From the NCBI RefSeq assembly GCF_036321535.1, contig NC_087437.1:67768001-67832000 (forward strand): a stretch of DNA of 64,000 bases, written 5' to 3'. The translations under genes were made by a program, and so were the position numbers. This stretch comes from Camelus dromedarius (taxonomy: Eukaryota). Below, piece after piece: positions 42,201 through 54,014 of the stretch (its first letter is position 1; each line of letters begins with the position of its first letter). The notes beneath the pieces were generated by a model. That model saw only the letters and a list, made by a program, of their open reading frames with translations. It made no database searches and was not told the origin of the DNA.

Positions 42201-43177
42201 ATTCAAAGCCAGTGATAACTGGCAGAGTGACTGAAAACTGGCCTCTTAAGCAGGCAATTTGGTTTATTATTATTAATGTTAAAAATAATAAATAATAAAA
42301 TAATGATATATTTAAATTTCTATAGTACACATTTCCAATGTTCAGTCCTAGACCCACTGGGAGCTCAAGAAGTTAGAAATTGTGAATTATTTATAATATT
42401 TCAAAATAATCTAATAAGGATAATATTGTGGCTCTTTATTTTACTGCATTGTATGTTATATATTTATCTGATTAGTGAAAGTAAGGAAATAGACTACTTA
42501 TTGATAAATATATCCAGTTCAATTTGGTACAGCAGCTTTTCAAATGATGTAGATGAGTGATAGTAAGAGGTATGTTTAGAGGTGTAGAAGTCATTAGAAT
42601 ATTTTATAGTTAAATGACTCATTTGATTCTCATGTCACTCCGTGTAGTTGGCAGATGGATGTAGCTAGCTCCATTTATCACATAAGGGACCTGAAATTTG
42701 TTACTCCTATCTGTATTATCTGTTCTTTCAAGTTTCATATACTATAGATCTCTCTTTCATGGTTTTTTCATTCAGTAAGTACTCTATTGAAGTCAGGACT
42801 TGTTTACGAATAACACAGTGCCAAATCGCTATAAGATTATTATACCTGAGGCTTAATTTTTGCCCATCATGGAGCTTATAGTCCAAATAATGATAAAAAG
42901 TAACCCGCATGAAAAGTCACAAAAAAAGGAGAGGGGGCAAAGTACAACTTGTTCATTTATCTGTCTTACAGTAGCTTCAGTGATGTTAAATTGGTAACTT
43001 GAGAGATCATACTTAAATACAAAAAATGAAAAAAATGCAAAGAATGTATTATAACAAAAGGAGAGTGTAAGGCAGTATATGAGTACGAGACAAATGAGTA
43101 ATACAGACAATATGAATTAGCAGGAAGGACGAGTCACTATAAATGTACTTAGTGTTAAGGAAACAAGCTTGGCTTTT

Positions 43178-43347
43178 TAAAAAAATACTGAAGTGTAGTT
43201 GATTTACAGTGTTGGTTTCAGGTGTACAGCAAAGTGACTTAGTTATATATATACATATATATATATATTTTGTTTTCAGATAAACAATAAGGACCTACTG
43301 TATAGCTCAGGTAACTATATCCAATTTCTTATAATAACATAATGGAA
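43178..43347 (-). mobile_element. ~170-bp L1 3' tip with internal inversion and 13-bp TSD
   Basis: 43178-43280 is a minus-strand tail; 43281-43347 is the adjacent L1 segment in plus orientation; TSD aagcttggctttt at 43165-43177 and 43348-43360. Confidence 0.88.
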
Positions 43348-45229
43348 AAGCTTGGCTTTTAATGATTGTTGTACAGCGAGGGAAAAGCAATAGAGAAAAA
43401 GACATTTAGGGTAGGATATTGACTCTCATGTGGCACCTCATTTCCAGTAAGATGCTACATGTTCATATGTTCTAACATTATGTTTCTGCCATTTTTTAAA
43501 CTTTTGAACAGAAAGATGAAAAGGAAAAAGTAAACTGGAAAGAAGTAAATGCATAAGGCATGAAAGTCTTAAAACAGATAAAGAAGGGTAAATTATCATT
43601 ACCTCTACTCTCCCCTACCAATGGAGAGTGAAGGAAAAATTTGACCATGTGTATCATAAATACTAAAGTGAAACTGGGTTTGGGTCTTTAGACGTCATGC
43701 TGCCATTACATTAGAAATAGCAAGGAGAGTGAGCACAAGCCAGAGAGAGCTAGTAAACAAGGAATATCGAAGAACATGAGAGGCGGGCAGAGGAGATGAA
43801 AGTCCAGGGAAATGGACCAGAAAAATAATGGCAGCCCTAAAGCAAAATTTGGAAGAAAAAGTCTGCTATGCAAAGGTCAGAAGCCAAAACTGGGATGGGA
43901 TCTGCCAGTTACCATGTATCAGGAGAGTAAGGAATCTGTATCCAGTTTGCTCAGTCTATCAGCCTGGCCAGGTGTGAGAACATTTATCAAGCTCTTGATA
44001 GACTACAGCACCCATCCATGAGAAATCTCATTTCTGGACATTCAGCAGTCCTTGACCTTGAACGCGGTTCCAGACGGATAGTCAGTCTAACTTGATAAAT
44101 GATGATTTCTCAAAGAGAAATGAAATTCTCCTCCTCTACTATGACCACAGACACACACTTCCACACACATAGGGTATAAAAATGTATAGCAATGTACATG
44201 GAAAGACCCATGAATGTGTGACATACTCATTCCACTGGCAAGTCACAGATAACAGTGGCACACTTGATGCATTCAACATAATTACAGATACCAACACCTG
44301 TGCCTGCCCTGCTCTAAAAGCTCCCAGAGAAATCTCGGCTGTCTGACAGCAAGGTGTACAAGGGAGTCCCTGCCAAAGAGTAAGAATACAAATATGTATT
44401 ACAAATAATAACTAGGATTATGGTTGTGTTCTTTGTAGGACTGCAGTGGCCTGACCAGAACACCAGGCCGAGGAATACCAAAATCGGATTTTATTTAAAT
44501 ATATATATATATATGTTTTAATCTAAGCAAGCACAATAATGATATTTTTTTGTCTCCTCTTCTTACATTACTGTTATTTATTTGTTGTGTTCTCCTTCCT
44601 CTCACTAAATTATAAACTCCTGCGAGGACGGTCACTCTGTGTCACCTGTCTCTGTCTCTTGTGCATCTGTCACAATTCTTTCTCTGTCTCTGTCTCTCTT
44701 TGAGTGATATTTGATCAATGGCTGCTTGTGTCTGAATTTATCCATAGTCTTCCTTCATTCCTGAAATAATAAAAGTAAAATGAATATGTATGACACTTAA
44801 TCTTAGTAAGGATGAAGTATTTTTCCAGCCAACAAGCAAGCATCAATATATTTTATAGACGGGTAAATATTGACACATGTTTGTTAACAGAATATCAAAT
44901 TTGGGAATACATATGAGGCCCACACATGGATCGTCTTTTTGTTGTTGTAAAGATTCTTTGTTCTGAGACACCAAGATTCTTTACGCATTTTGATACTACA
45001 CATATAGAGGGACAACTATCTCTAGATGTATTTGTGTTGCAGGGAAAGATCTCTTATACAACTGTACATACCCAGCTCCTCAATTAACAACCATCACTCT
45101 GTTCGCCCTCTTCTGACTGGGGCCCCCTGATTAGGAGACCTTAGCACACCATGTTCTTCTTCTCCCATTAGCTAAATTATATGTTTATCAGGTGTGAATT
45201 ATTTTTTCCAAATGTATTTATTCCAGCTT

Positions 45230-45640
45230 TAATGCTATGGTAATTACATAATTTAACTAATTACTATTTAAAACAAACAAATAACTAGAACAGGAAGAAA
45301 AAGTTGCTGTTTTAATGAAAACCATATTGAATGCTTTGGACGTTTTTGTTAAAAGTAAGCTGGAAAAAAATGCTATTGAATTAAATGAGGTGAGACAACT
45401 ATAAAAGACTCAGGGATAACTGAAAGAATCTGGAAGCAGTTCCATCCTCAGATTCTTCCTGGGTATGAGGTGTTTATAAGGAAGATAATGGGCCTATTCA
45501 AAGAGAAGGCCTTGGGCTTACATTGACATTGTGGTAAATAAATGTACATTTCTAAGTTTTAAGTTACAATAAAATGTTCAAAGTATGCATATATTTTTAG
45601 AAGAACAGTGATCCTCCTTAATAGATTTTTAAAAATGGAC
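45230..45640 (+). mobile_element. Tigger/pogo-like DNA transposon remnant
   Basis: Degenerate sequence resembling the N-terminal HTH of CENP-B-like transposases (...KTILNAL...AIELNE..TTIKD...); recognised by eye only. Confidence 0.45.
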
Positions 45641-45769
45641 TTACTTTAAGATGGCTTGATATAGGGCTCTTACTCTTTATTGGTCCTTGAATGTGTTCAG
45701 TTTCAAGTAGTACTTGTTACTTATTAATATATAGTTCAGGAGATTGTCTCAAAACCTCAACTTTAATAC

Positions 45770-45848
45770 ATTAATTAATTAATTAATTAATTAATTATTG
45801 TGACCACGTGTTTAAAACAATCATTCATTCATTCATTCATTCATTCAT
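45770..45848. repeat. (TTAA)n and (TTCA)n microsatellites
   Basis: Directly visible. Confidence 0.9.
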
Positions 45849-47541
45849 TTTATTGTGACCACTGGCTACATTCAGTGGCATGATCTTTGCCTTTGATCAG
45901 TTTACAATTAAATAGGAAAGGCATGTTACCTGTACATACAACTATAGTCAATTACTTATAAGTTGTACAAAGCAAAACACAGTCTCCCTTCCAGAAGCAT
46001 AGATGAAAGATGCATTTCTTTATTCAACAGCTATTTTTAGACATATCACTTGGGTGCCAGGAACTATGCTTATTTTCAAGGACTTAGTGGTGAATGAAAC
46101 AGGCAAGACTTATCTGAGATGCTCCTGTGTCCATAGGTAGACACAGGCTTTGAAGAAAATCAAAGAGGTAGGTGGGTGGCTTGAGCAAAAGCATGAAAAA
46201 TCTCAAGATTTGTTGAGGGATTGGTGAATAATTTGGCTAGGGGATGAGATATCTCTGGTAGTGTAATAAGAGATAAGGGTGAAAATCTATGCAGTCTCCT
46301 CTTTTCATTTAAGGACAATTCTTTGAGAGTCATTTCTGTGCCTTCCTGAGCCTGTTTCCTCATCAAAACAGTGCAGGCAGTGTGGACCGACTCCATGATC
46401 AACAAGGTCCTTTTATAGGTCCTAATGTTTTTCTCTTTTGAATTCAAATCGCTCTTTTTGGTCTTGGGAACACAATCAACAGTGAAAAATCTTCCCTCTA
46501 CGTTTGATTTGTTCTTAGACTCTCATCTTGGTCTGGAATTAACTTGGGGAGTGAGGGTGAAGAAATGGAATTTTGAATCCTCATTGCTCAAAGCAGGTTG
46601 TCAGGTCCTGCTGGAGGACTCCATTAATGGCTAAAAGTACAATATAATAGGAAGGCACAAGAGAAAGAAAACCAGAAGCTTTTCTAACTCCATTTGGTTC
46701 CTCTAATTCCTAGTTCTTAAGAGTGTGTTTTGCCCCCCTGAGCCTTACATACAAAAGTGTCATCCAGATTTGGAATTTATAGCTTCTTCTCCTTTTATGT
46801 TATTTGCTTTTATAGTTTAGGCTTTACAAATTCTAAGACTATGTCTATATAATGCCCCAAAAGATTTATTGGGCAACAAATTTGCTTGGCCATTTGCATC
46901 CTAATGGGAAAAGCAATTTCTTCAGCCAGAATAGTTTATTTTCTTTTCAGTTGCAAATGGGGATATTTTAAGGGAAAAGAAGTTACTTTGGTTCAAAGGG
47001 GGATATTATAGCTCCTTATTTCTGACACCTGTCAACCTCCCACCTCAGCAAAAGTCCTTCACTAGTCAAGAATTAATGTCTTGACTCAGATGATCTCAGG
47101 CTGTATTGTCTAGTCCTTATCTAAATTAAAATAAACTTTGGGATTTTTCTCTAGGTTTACATAGTTTAGAAATTATACCATCTAAAGGAGAGAAAGTTTT
47201 ATTTTATGGAAGAGGGTTGGTGGGAAACGTTACCTTCAGTTACATGCTAAGATAGGAGACTGTTAGGAATCAGAAGGGTTAAGTCCTATTTTTTGTTTAG
47301 CTTTTTGACTTTGCACACATTGCTTGAGTTTTGCAAGCCTTAGTCTTTGTTAAATTGGAGGCGGGAAAGTGGGTTTAGGGAAAGCCAGAGGGTGAGTAGT
47401 GGTGTTTGAGCTAGTTTCATGAATCACCTTCACCGAGTGCTTAATGTAGGTCAGGAACCTTGTATATCTTACTTCAATAGGTACCCACACTACCCTTAAA
47501 GAATGAACTGGAGTTCAAAGAAGTTGGGTTATTTACCCAGG

Positions 47542-47923
47542 GAGGGAGGGAAGTCATCGAAAGGACACAATCCCCAGTTGACTAAAGAGCTCCTTACCCC
47601 GATCCTTGTCTCCTCCCCTGCCGTTGTAGTGTATATTCTGCCCGTTGTTCCCACAGTGGGAGTTGTATTCAAAGAAGCAGCCTTGAAACAGCAGAGTGTT
47701 GTTGAGACCATCTGGACTGTGGACTTGACTGAACCCAGTTGAGGCCTCTACATAGACTCTTGAGATTCTGGCAAGGGGGTGTGGAGATCTACCTATTTTG
47801 CACCCACCCACGGCAAGCAAAAGTTCCTTTTTCTGTTTAATCTGCCACCTATCTATCTAGGGTAGCCTACATCTTTTTTTCTATCTCTCTTTGCCTTCTT
47901 GTGGGTCACTGTGCAAACCAACA
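47542..47923 (+). mobile_element. Solo ERVL-type LTR (third copy), inserted in a MIR
   Basis: Shares 'ttcccacagtgggag', 'gcagccttga', 'gtgttgttgagaccatctg' and 'ctgccacctа'-type motifs with the 37007 copy; ends ccaaca; imperfect TSD ccagg/ccaga; MIR-like sequence on both sides. Confidence 0.82.
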
Positions 47924-49489
47924 CCAGAGTCCCATGGTCAGTGAGGGAAAACCTCTTATATGTTTGAGGTTACAGCACATTTTTTTCTAGACCACACCAC
48001 ACTGCCTTATCTAAGTTCCCTTCAAGAACTGAATTTCTTTCTCTTGAAGCTCAACTACTTGGTTTCTTGACACATCAGGTTCTAGCTTTTCCTTCTTAAG
48101 TTGTAGACTTCTAGGGAGAAACAAGTTGAAGGTAAGGAAACAAACTCCCACCTTCTGAAATTTTCTCCGTGGCTGTATGAATGAGCTCATGCACATGAAG
48201 TAGCTTCACAACCATGAGTTATCATTGTTAGGGGAGCACAGTTACTCTAGGCTGTTCAGTCTGGAGCTGGACTTGTTTCATTTCAGATGCCCACGAAAAT
48301 CTGCATTCTTGTTCTTCATTTTCTAATTCTATGTAACTTATGCAGCTACTTCCAAGATTGGTGAAAACTGCTCTGGCAGGCATTGGGACAGTCAGAAGAA
48401 ACCCCCAGTGCAGACTGCAAAGTCTGTTATGGAAGATATTGTGCACATCACCTTTCTTGCCTAAAGTCAAGTGGTGGGAGTGTAATAAAGGCAGGCATGG
48501 ATGGCAGGTGTACGTTGCTACAGGATGATGATTCTCTAGTTTAAAGAGGGGGAAGAACAGCTCTAATGTAGGAAAGGTGAAACAGGCAATCCATCTGTTT
48601 GAAAGGCAACAAAACTTCCTTTTTTTCTTTTTTTTTTTTTTTTGGCTCATTGTCCTGGTATACCATCCTAAGGGGTCTCTGGACAAAATGTGCTTCTACA
48701 CATGTAAACCTAATTGTACTTTCAGTAAGAGGTTGTTTTTTTTTTTTTTCCTCTCTTCTTTTTCTTGTTATTTAAGATTTGCTAACACTTCATAGACACC
48801 TTTGAAAAGTATTCTATTTAGAGATAGTTTTTGCTGATTCAGTGTGTCAGGCATTTATATTCCTATCCTCTCTTGATTTTATGTTGGGACATTAGTGTAA
48901 AGCTGTTCTTTTTTAAAAAAAAAATCTTATGATTGTTCTTATAGTTTTGGAGGAATACTCCATAGTAAGAGTGGTTTAAACACGGATAGTGTAACTTAAA
49001 TATGCATCCACTCTTTGGAGGTGGTGGTTAGGGGTCTATTGAAATAAAATATGAAAAGCCAGCTTAGATATCTCTGGGGTTCTTCTGACTGGTAAAGGAC
49101 TGTTTTCTTTTCTTGTAAGGGAATGTGGGGTCTGAATGAAAAAAGGATAATTGTTAAAGGCAAACAGTGCTACTAGCTTTTTTTTTTTTTTTTTTTTTTC
49201 CCTTCTACTCAGAAGGAGAGAATCCAACTGAAAGGTGGGGTGGAGTGGGGACAACTTCTAGGAATTCCTGGACCCATCAGAACACAAATCTTTTGAGAGA
49301 ACGCAAATGACTTAACAGTAATACCAGGAAGCGTCTCAGAGTAAATTACAATCACATCACTGAAAGTTAGCAATGGAAGTTGACAGGCTTTATAAACTTG
49401 AAGATTTTCTTGGAGTGGAAAACAGCTGCAGGGAAGGGAATAAAATACCCGTAGGTAAAACGCTAGGAAGGGCTTCTATGTCGATGACT

Positions 49490-49730
49490 CTGTGTGTGTG
49501 TGTGTGTGTGTTGTATGGCTTTCCAACCAAAAATTAGCTTTGCAGAACCGCAGTGATGATGCAGTGTCACATCATTTCGACCTGTTTAAACAAACATGTT
49601 CATATATGTAAGTGTGTCTTCCACCTATTAAAAGGACATCCTCCACACTGTTACATAACTTGAACTTGACAGGATGTGGGTAATTTTTGCAATCAGAAAA
49701 TTCCAACAACACACACACACACACACACAC
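49490..49730. repeat. (TG)n at ~49490-49510 and (AC)n at ~49708-49730
   Basis: Directly visible. Confidence 0.9.
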
Positions 49731-50497
49731 GTACGTCTTCAAGCTCTTGAACTCTGACAAGACATCAGACTGACCTGTCCAGGACTAAATTAAAGCATCT
49801 GGTGGTGAGGCCTGAATATCTCCTCTTTATAAAATTTCTACAGGTTACTTGACCCAGTCAATTTGAGAATCACTTTTCTCTCTTGTAAACAGTTTCCCTG
49901 AACTTAAGTGAAGGGTATGAGCAGAAATAGAATAGGATATTTTCTTTCCTCTAGAAAAGAATATTTGTGAGAAAAAAAAGTCTCTTAGCATATATTACAG
50001 CTTAAGAATAAGCTGCTAAAAATATTAGGATAGTTGCTATATAAATACGTAAGTGCTCTCTGGCCCCACACAAACAAGTAATTATTCAATTACTAGGTAC
50101 AGTCAAGAGATGTCTACCCTGAATCTCGCACTCTGCTAGGCTCTGTAAGGAATACAAGGTAATTGGAAGGTGTGTTTACAATCAATTTGGAAAAACATGA
50201 TACTGACATAGAAATTAGAGGTTGATTTTTAAAGTAATACAGAAACAAATAGAAAGATAGAACAGCTGATACAGTGTATGTTTCAAGGAAATGTCTAATT
50301 TAGGCATCAAGAAAAATTTTGAGATAACTTCTAAAGAATAGTTGGAAGCGATTTGAAGCACAGTGTAAGGAAACTGCAGTTACAAGAAGTAACACTTCTT
50401 GGCTTTGGCAAATCTAAATCTAAACTATGTATCCTATCAAGTCATGTAAGTTCCCTGAGACTCAGTTTCCTTACCTAGTAAAGGTGCTTGGAGTCAA

Positions 50498-50715
50498 TAG
50501 GTGGTCTCCACAGGGGTGGCAGAGTGGGCCGGGGAGACTTGTCCCCAGGGGGAATGTGGAATATTTGGAGATCTCTTTGGTTGTCGTAACTTTGGTTACT
50601 AATGGCATCTGGTGGGTAGAGGCCAGGGATGCTGTTAAACATGCTAAAATGCACAGGGCAATTCCCAAACAACAAATAACCTGACTCAAAATACCAACAG
50701 GACCGAGATTGAGCG
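50498..50715 (+). mobile_element. MER20-like hAT DNA transposon
   Basis: 'ggcatctggtgggtagaggccagggatgctgttaaacat...aatgcacagg' is a characteristic MER20 core. Confidence 0.8.
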
Positions 50716-51349
50716 TAAAAATTTCTCACAGCTCCCAATACCTTATAGTTCTTAGATAATGTTTCTCAGTCATTAGAACACATGAATCACCCAATTAGTT
50801 TAATGCCTATTACAAGACCCCAAGATCCAAATATATTAATTCATTAGGCCTGGTGTGTGACTAGGTATTCTGGATTTTTAGCATGTGCACTAAGTGATTC
50901 TGTGGCATCTGAGTCCTCAGATTACATTTTGAGAAACTTTACTGAGATACATACTGACATTGAAGAAATGTAGGGTGATTCTTGAAAAATAATACAGATA
51001 GACATTATTTATTAAGTATATCATAATTCATACTCACAACAGCCGTTGGAGACATGTACAAAGGCTCACAGTTTGTTAGAGGCAAGATAGGACCTGAATC
51101 CACCTAGTTCTAGTTCCAAAGTCCTCACTCTGGCCACTAAGCAAACCGACTCCTGCGAGTGGTACAATCTGGGCAAGACAAACAAGCAGCATATGAAGTA
51201 CAGGGACAAAAAGCAGATTGGACAGTTTGGAAGAGAAGATCTCCATTGGTTACAGAAAAAAGAGAACGTAAATTATTAAAGGTAAGATGAAAGTTTCAGA
51301 GGACCTTAAATTAGAAAATGAGGAATCTGAACTCAGTCTGGAAGACCAG

Positions 51350-51505
51350 TATTTTTCTTAGGCCTCCCTACAAATTCGAATGACCTGGAATCTGTTAAAA
51401 ACCTACTGATGCTAGGATCCCACCCCTCAGAAATTCTGATCTCGTTGATCTGGGGTGGGGTCACACATCAGTAGGTTTTAAAAGCCCCCAGGTGGTTCTA
51501 ATCTG
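51350..51505. mobile_element. MER5A-like hAT fragment
   Basis: 'cccacccctcagaaattctgat...gatctggggtgggg...ttttaaaagcccccaggtggttctaat'. Confidence 0.7.
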
Positions 51506-52117
51506 TACCAAGTAATCCATAGGGAGCTGCTATAACTCATAAACAGATAAGACTCTTAAAGTGTTAAAGAGGATTAACCTGGTGGTAATGTATAGGCTAA
51601 ATTAGAGCATGGAGGACAGAGGAACGGGATCAGCTGGGAGCCTATTGTAGGAACCTAGGCACATGCAGATCAACACCTACACTAAGGGGATGGGTTAGAA
51701 ACAACACGGAAATCCGAAAACCTCCCTCAGTTCTGCTGACGGTGCTGATACTGGCCTGTTGTGTGCTATAGGAAAAGTCACTTAACTTTTCTGTGTCTCC
51801 ACTTTTTACAAACACAAAAGAGCTAATATTGTCCCTGAATATAGTCTGGAATTATTATGAGATTCAAGTTAGATAATTAAAAATTAGACACAGCACACAT
51901 CTCTGTCATGAAAATGGTGATGGTGGGGTTGGAAAAATACAGAGACACCTTTGATAGGTTTGTGTTGGTGAGATTGATGACCAACTGAAGCTGGAGAAGG
52001 AAGGTGGGAAAGGTACTTCTAAAGGTATGAGCCTGTGGAATTCGGTGATCCTTATAACAGAAACAAGCGAGTTGGGAATGAGAATCATTCCTGAAGGAAA
52101 ATGGCAGTAGGTAGAGA

Positions 52118-52315
52118 TGAGAGGTTCTCAGCTGGAGGCAGTTTTGCTCCCTTGGTTGTGTTTGGCAAGACCTGGAGACATTTTTGGTTTTCATGATTTG
52201 TGTGGGGGCTGGGGAGGGGTGCTACTGTCATCTAGTGTATAGAAGTCATGGGTGCTGCTAAACATCATATAATGCACAAGACAGCCTCAACATGTCAGTA
52301 GTGACAAAGTTGACA
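52118..52315 (+). mobile_element. MER20-like hAT DNA transposon
   Basis: 'ggttctcagctggaggcagttttgctcc...ctggagacatttttggtt...gtgctactgtcatctagtg...tgctgctaaacatc'. Confidence 0.8.
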
Positions 52316-52553
52316 GCTGATATAGACATTAGAAACAGAGCTGGAAGGGGCAAAGACATGACCACTGTCAGCTGTGGGAGACTGGAGAGGCATTCGAGGT
52401 GAGCTGCCCAACTGGAAAAAGGCATGAGGAGCTGACACAATGTGCGAGGAGCTGACATGGAGCAAAACAGCACTTTATTGCATTACCAACGGGAGGCGTG
52501 CATGGCGGGCAGCCGCTGCACTGCTCAGGTGTACACACTTGTCCTCTCATACT

Positions 52554-52649
52554 GCTAGTGGCGCATGTGTAGTGTTCATAATGCTGACTCACGCTACTGG
52601 TGCATGCGTGGTGTTCAAAATGCTGACTCACGCTACTGGCGCATGCGTA
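52554..52649 (+). repeat. 39-bp tandem repeat, ~2.5 units
   Basis: Units 52554-52592, 52593-52631 and partial 52632-52649. Confidence 0.9.
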
Positions 52650-53549
52650 CATTCACCTCTTAACAGGTGCAAGCTATTGTGAACTTTGGCCTGGGCCCCA
52701 TGGCCTCCTCAATTAAGGCTGCCGAGAATCACGTAATTCAGTTCTTTAATTTCGCTGATGAGTAAAATGAAGCTCAGAGATTAAATGACTTGGTTAAGGT
52801 GTCCAACCACTGGCAGCCACAATGTCGGAACTGAAATCCAGCTCACCTGACTGCCAGTCAGTGCTCATTAAAGGAGAGCCGTTCTAACCCCTCCCTCTAT
52901 TTGGACCTAGCCAGGAAGCATTCAGTTGGAAATGCTTGGTAGCTGTCCCAGCTGGGAATTCTTGTTTGAGGGCTAAGTAGGAGTTTAGCCGTGAGGTCTC
53001 AGTCATGGAGTAATTAGCACAGATGTATTTGATTTTCAAACAATTTAAATTTAGGGAAGAAACAAGAAAATATAACAGAAGATCTAGCCAAAGAAGAGTA
53101 GAGAACCCCGGGGTGGAGGAGGGGTTTGGATGGAAGGTCAGAAACACCCGGAGTACTGTTTTGACCTGGTGACTGGAATCAAGTAAAATGGAATGGCTCA
53201 CCCCGTGAAATGCAGTCAAGTCAGGTGGGATGAGGCCTTATAAACAGCCATTAGACTTCTGAGGTGGAGGTCATGGTGACATTTGAAGGAACATTTCCAT
53301 TGAGTTGTTGGTGGAAAAGGGGAATTTCAAAGAGAAAAGGAGCAATGGGATGATGAAGGAATGCGGGTAGTAAGTGCCAAGCGTCTCCTCATGAAAAGGA
53401 GATAATTAGGACCTATAAGCCAACAAGGTCAAGCCAAGGACTCAGGACGGCAGGAGTTTCACCTGTAAGAGCAAAGGGTAATTGGCGGCTTTGGACGGAC
53501 CTCGCGCACGCACCAACCAACGCAGAGCTGCCGCGATGCCCGGATGTGC

Positions 53550-53565
53550 GCACTAGATGGCAGCA
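53550..53565 (+). promoter_or_regulatory. CTCF binding motif
   Basis: gcactagatggcagca closely matches the CTCF core CCASYAGRKGGCRS. Confidence 0.75.
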
Positions 53566-53947
53566 GCGGGGCCCTTTCGGCTGGGTTCGCGGTCCTATAA
53601 GACGCCGCTTGTTTAAGTACAGTCGCATTTAGTTGGAGCTGCAGGGGAGTGAGGGAGAGGAAGGTAGGAAGGAGGAGAGCCGGAGAGCTTGAGGGAGAGG
53701 GGAGCTCGCTGTGTTTACGCTAGGCACAGCTTCGAGCCTCCACCGGGCCCGGGCTCGCGCTCCTGCTGAGGGGAGCGCAGCCGTTCTGGGTTCCGGCCGT
53801 CGTGCGGCAGGAGCCTGCTGGGTCTGGTTTGCTGGAGCCGGGAGAGCCCAGAGGGAAATCGAGGGAACGAGCGGCGCGTTTTGCTAGAGAGCGCGAGCGG
53901 AGAGGCGAGAGCCGGAGCGCGCGGGGAGCATCGAGCGCGGCGGAGAC

Positions 53948-54014
53948 ATGAGGACCTACTGGCTGCACAGCGTCTGGGTGCTGGGCTTCTTCCTGTCCCT
54001 CTTCTCGCTGCAAG
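53948..54014 (+). CDS. LSAMP: First coding exon (1a) of limbic system-associated membrane protein; signal peptide MRTYWLHSVWVLGFFLSLFSLQ+G, followed by a phase-1 intron
   Basis: Peptide matches my recollection of the LSAMP 1a N-terminus; hydrophobic signal peptide; purine at -3 (gacATG); strong donor CAAG|GTAAGG after 54014; no upstream ATG between 53600 and 53947. Confidence 0.88.

Noticed and set aside
49490..49730. (TG)n/(CA)n pair as a functional hairpin
   Set aside because: Short common microsatellites with no further complementarity.
52554..52649. CRISPR-like array, or a coding repeat in ORFs 52368-52652 and 52440-52682
   Set aside because: Eukaryotic DNA with head-to-tail repeats and no unique spacers; a 39-bp unit produces peptide repeats trivially.
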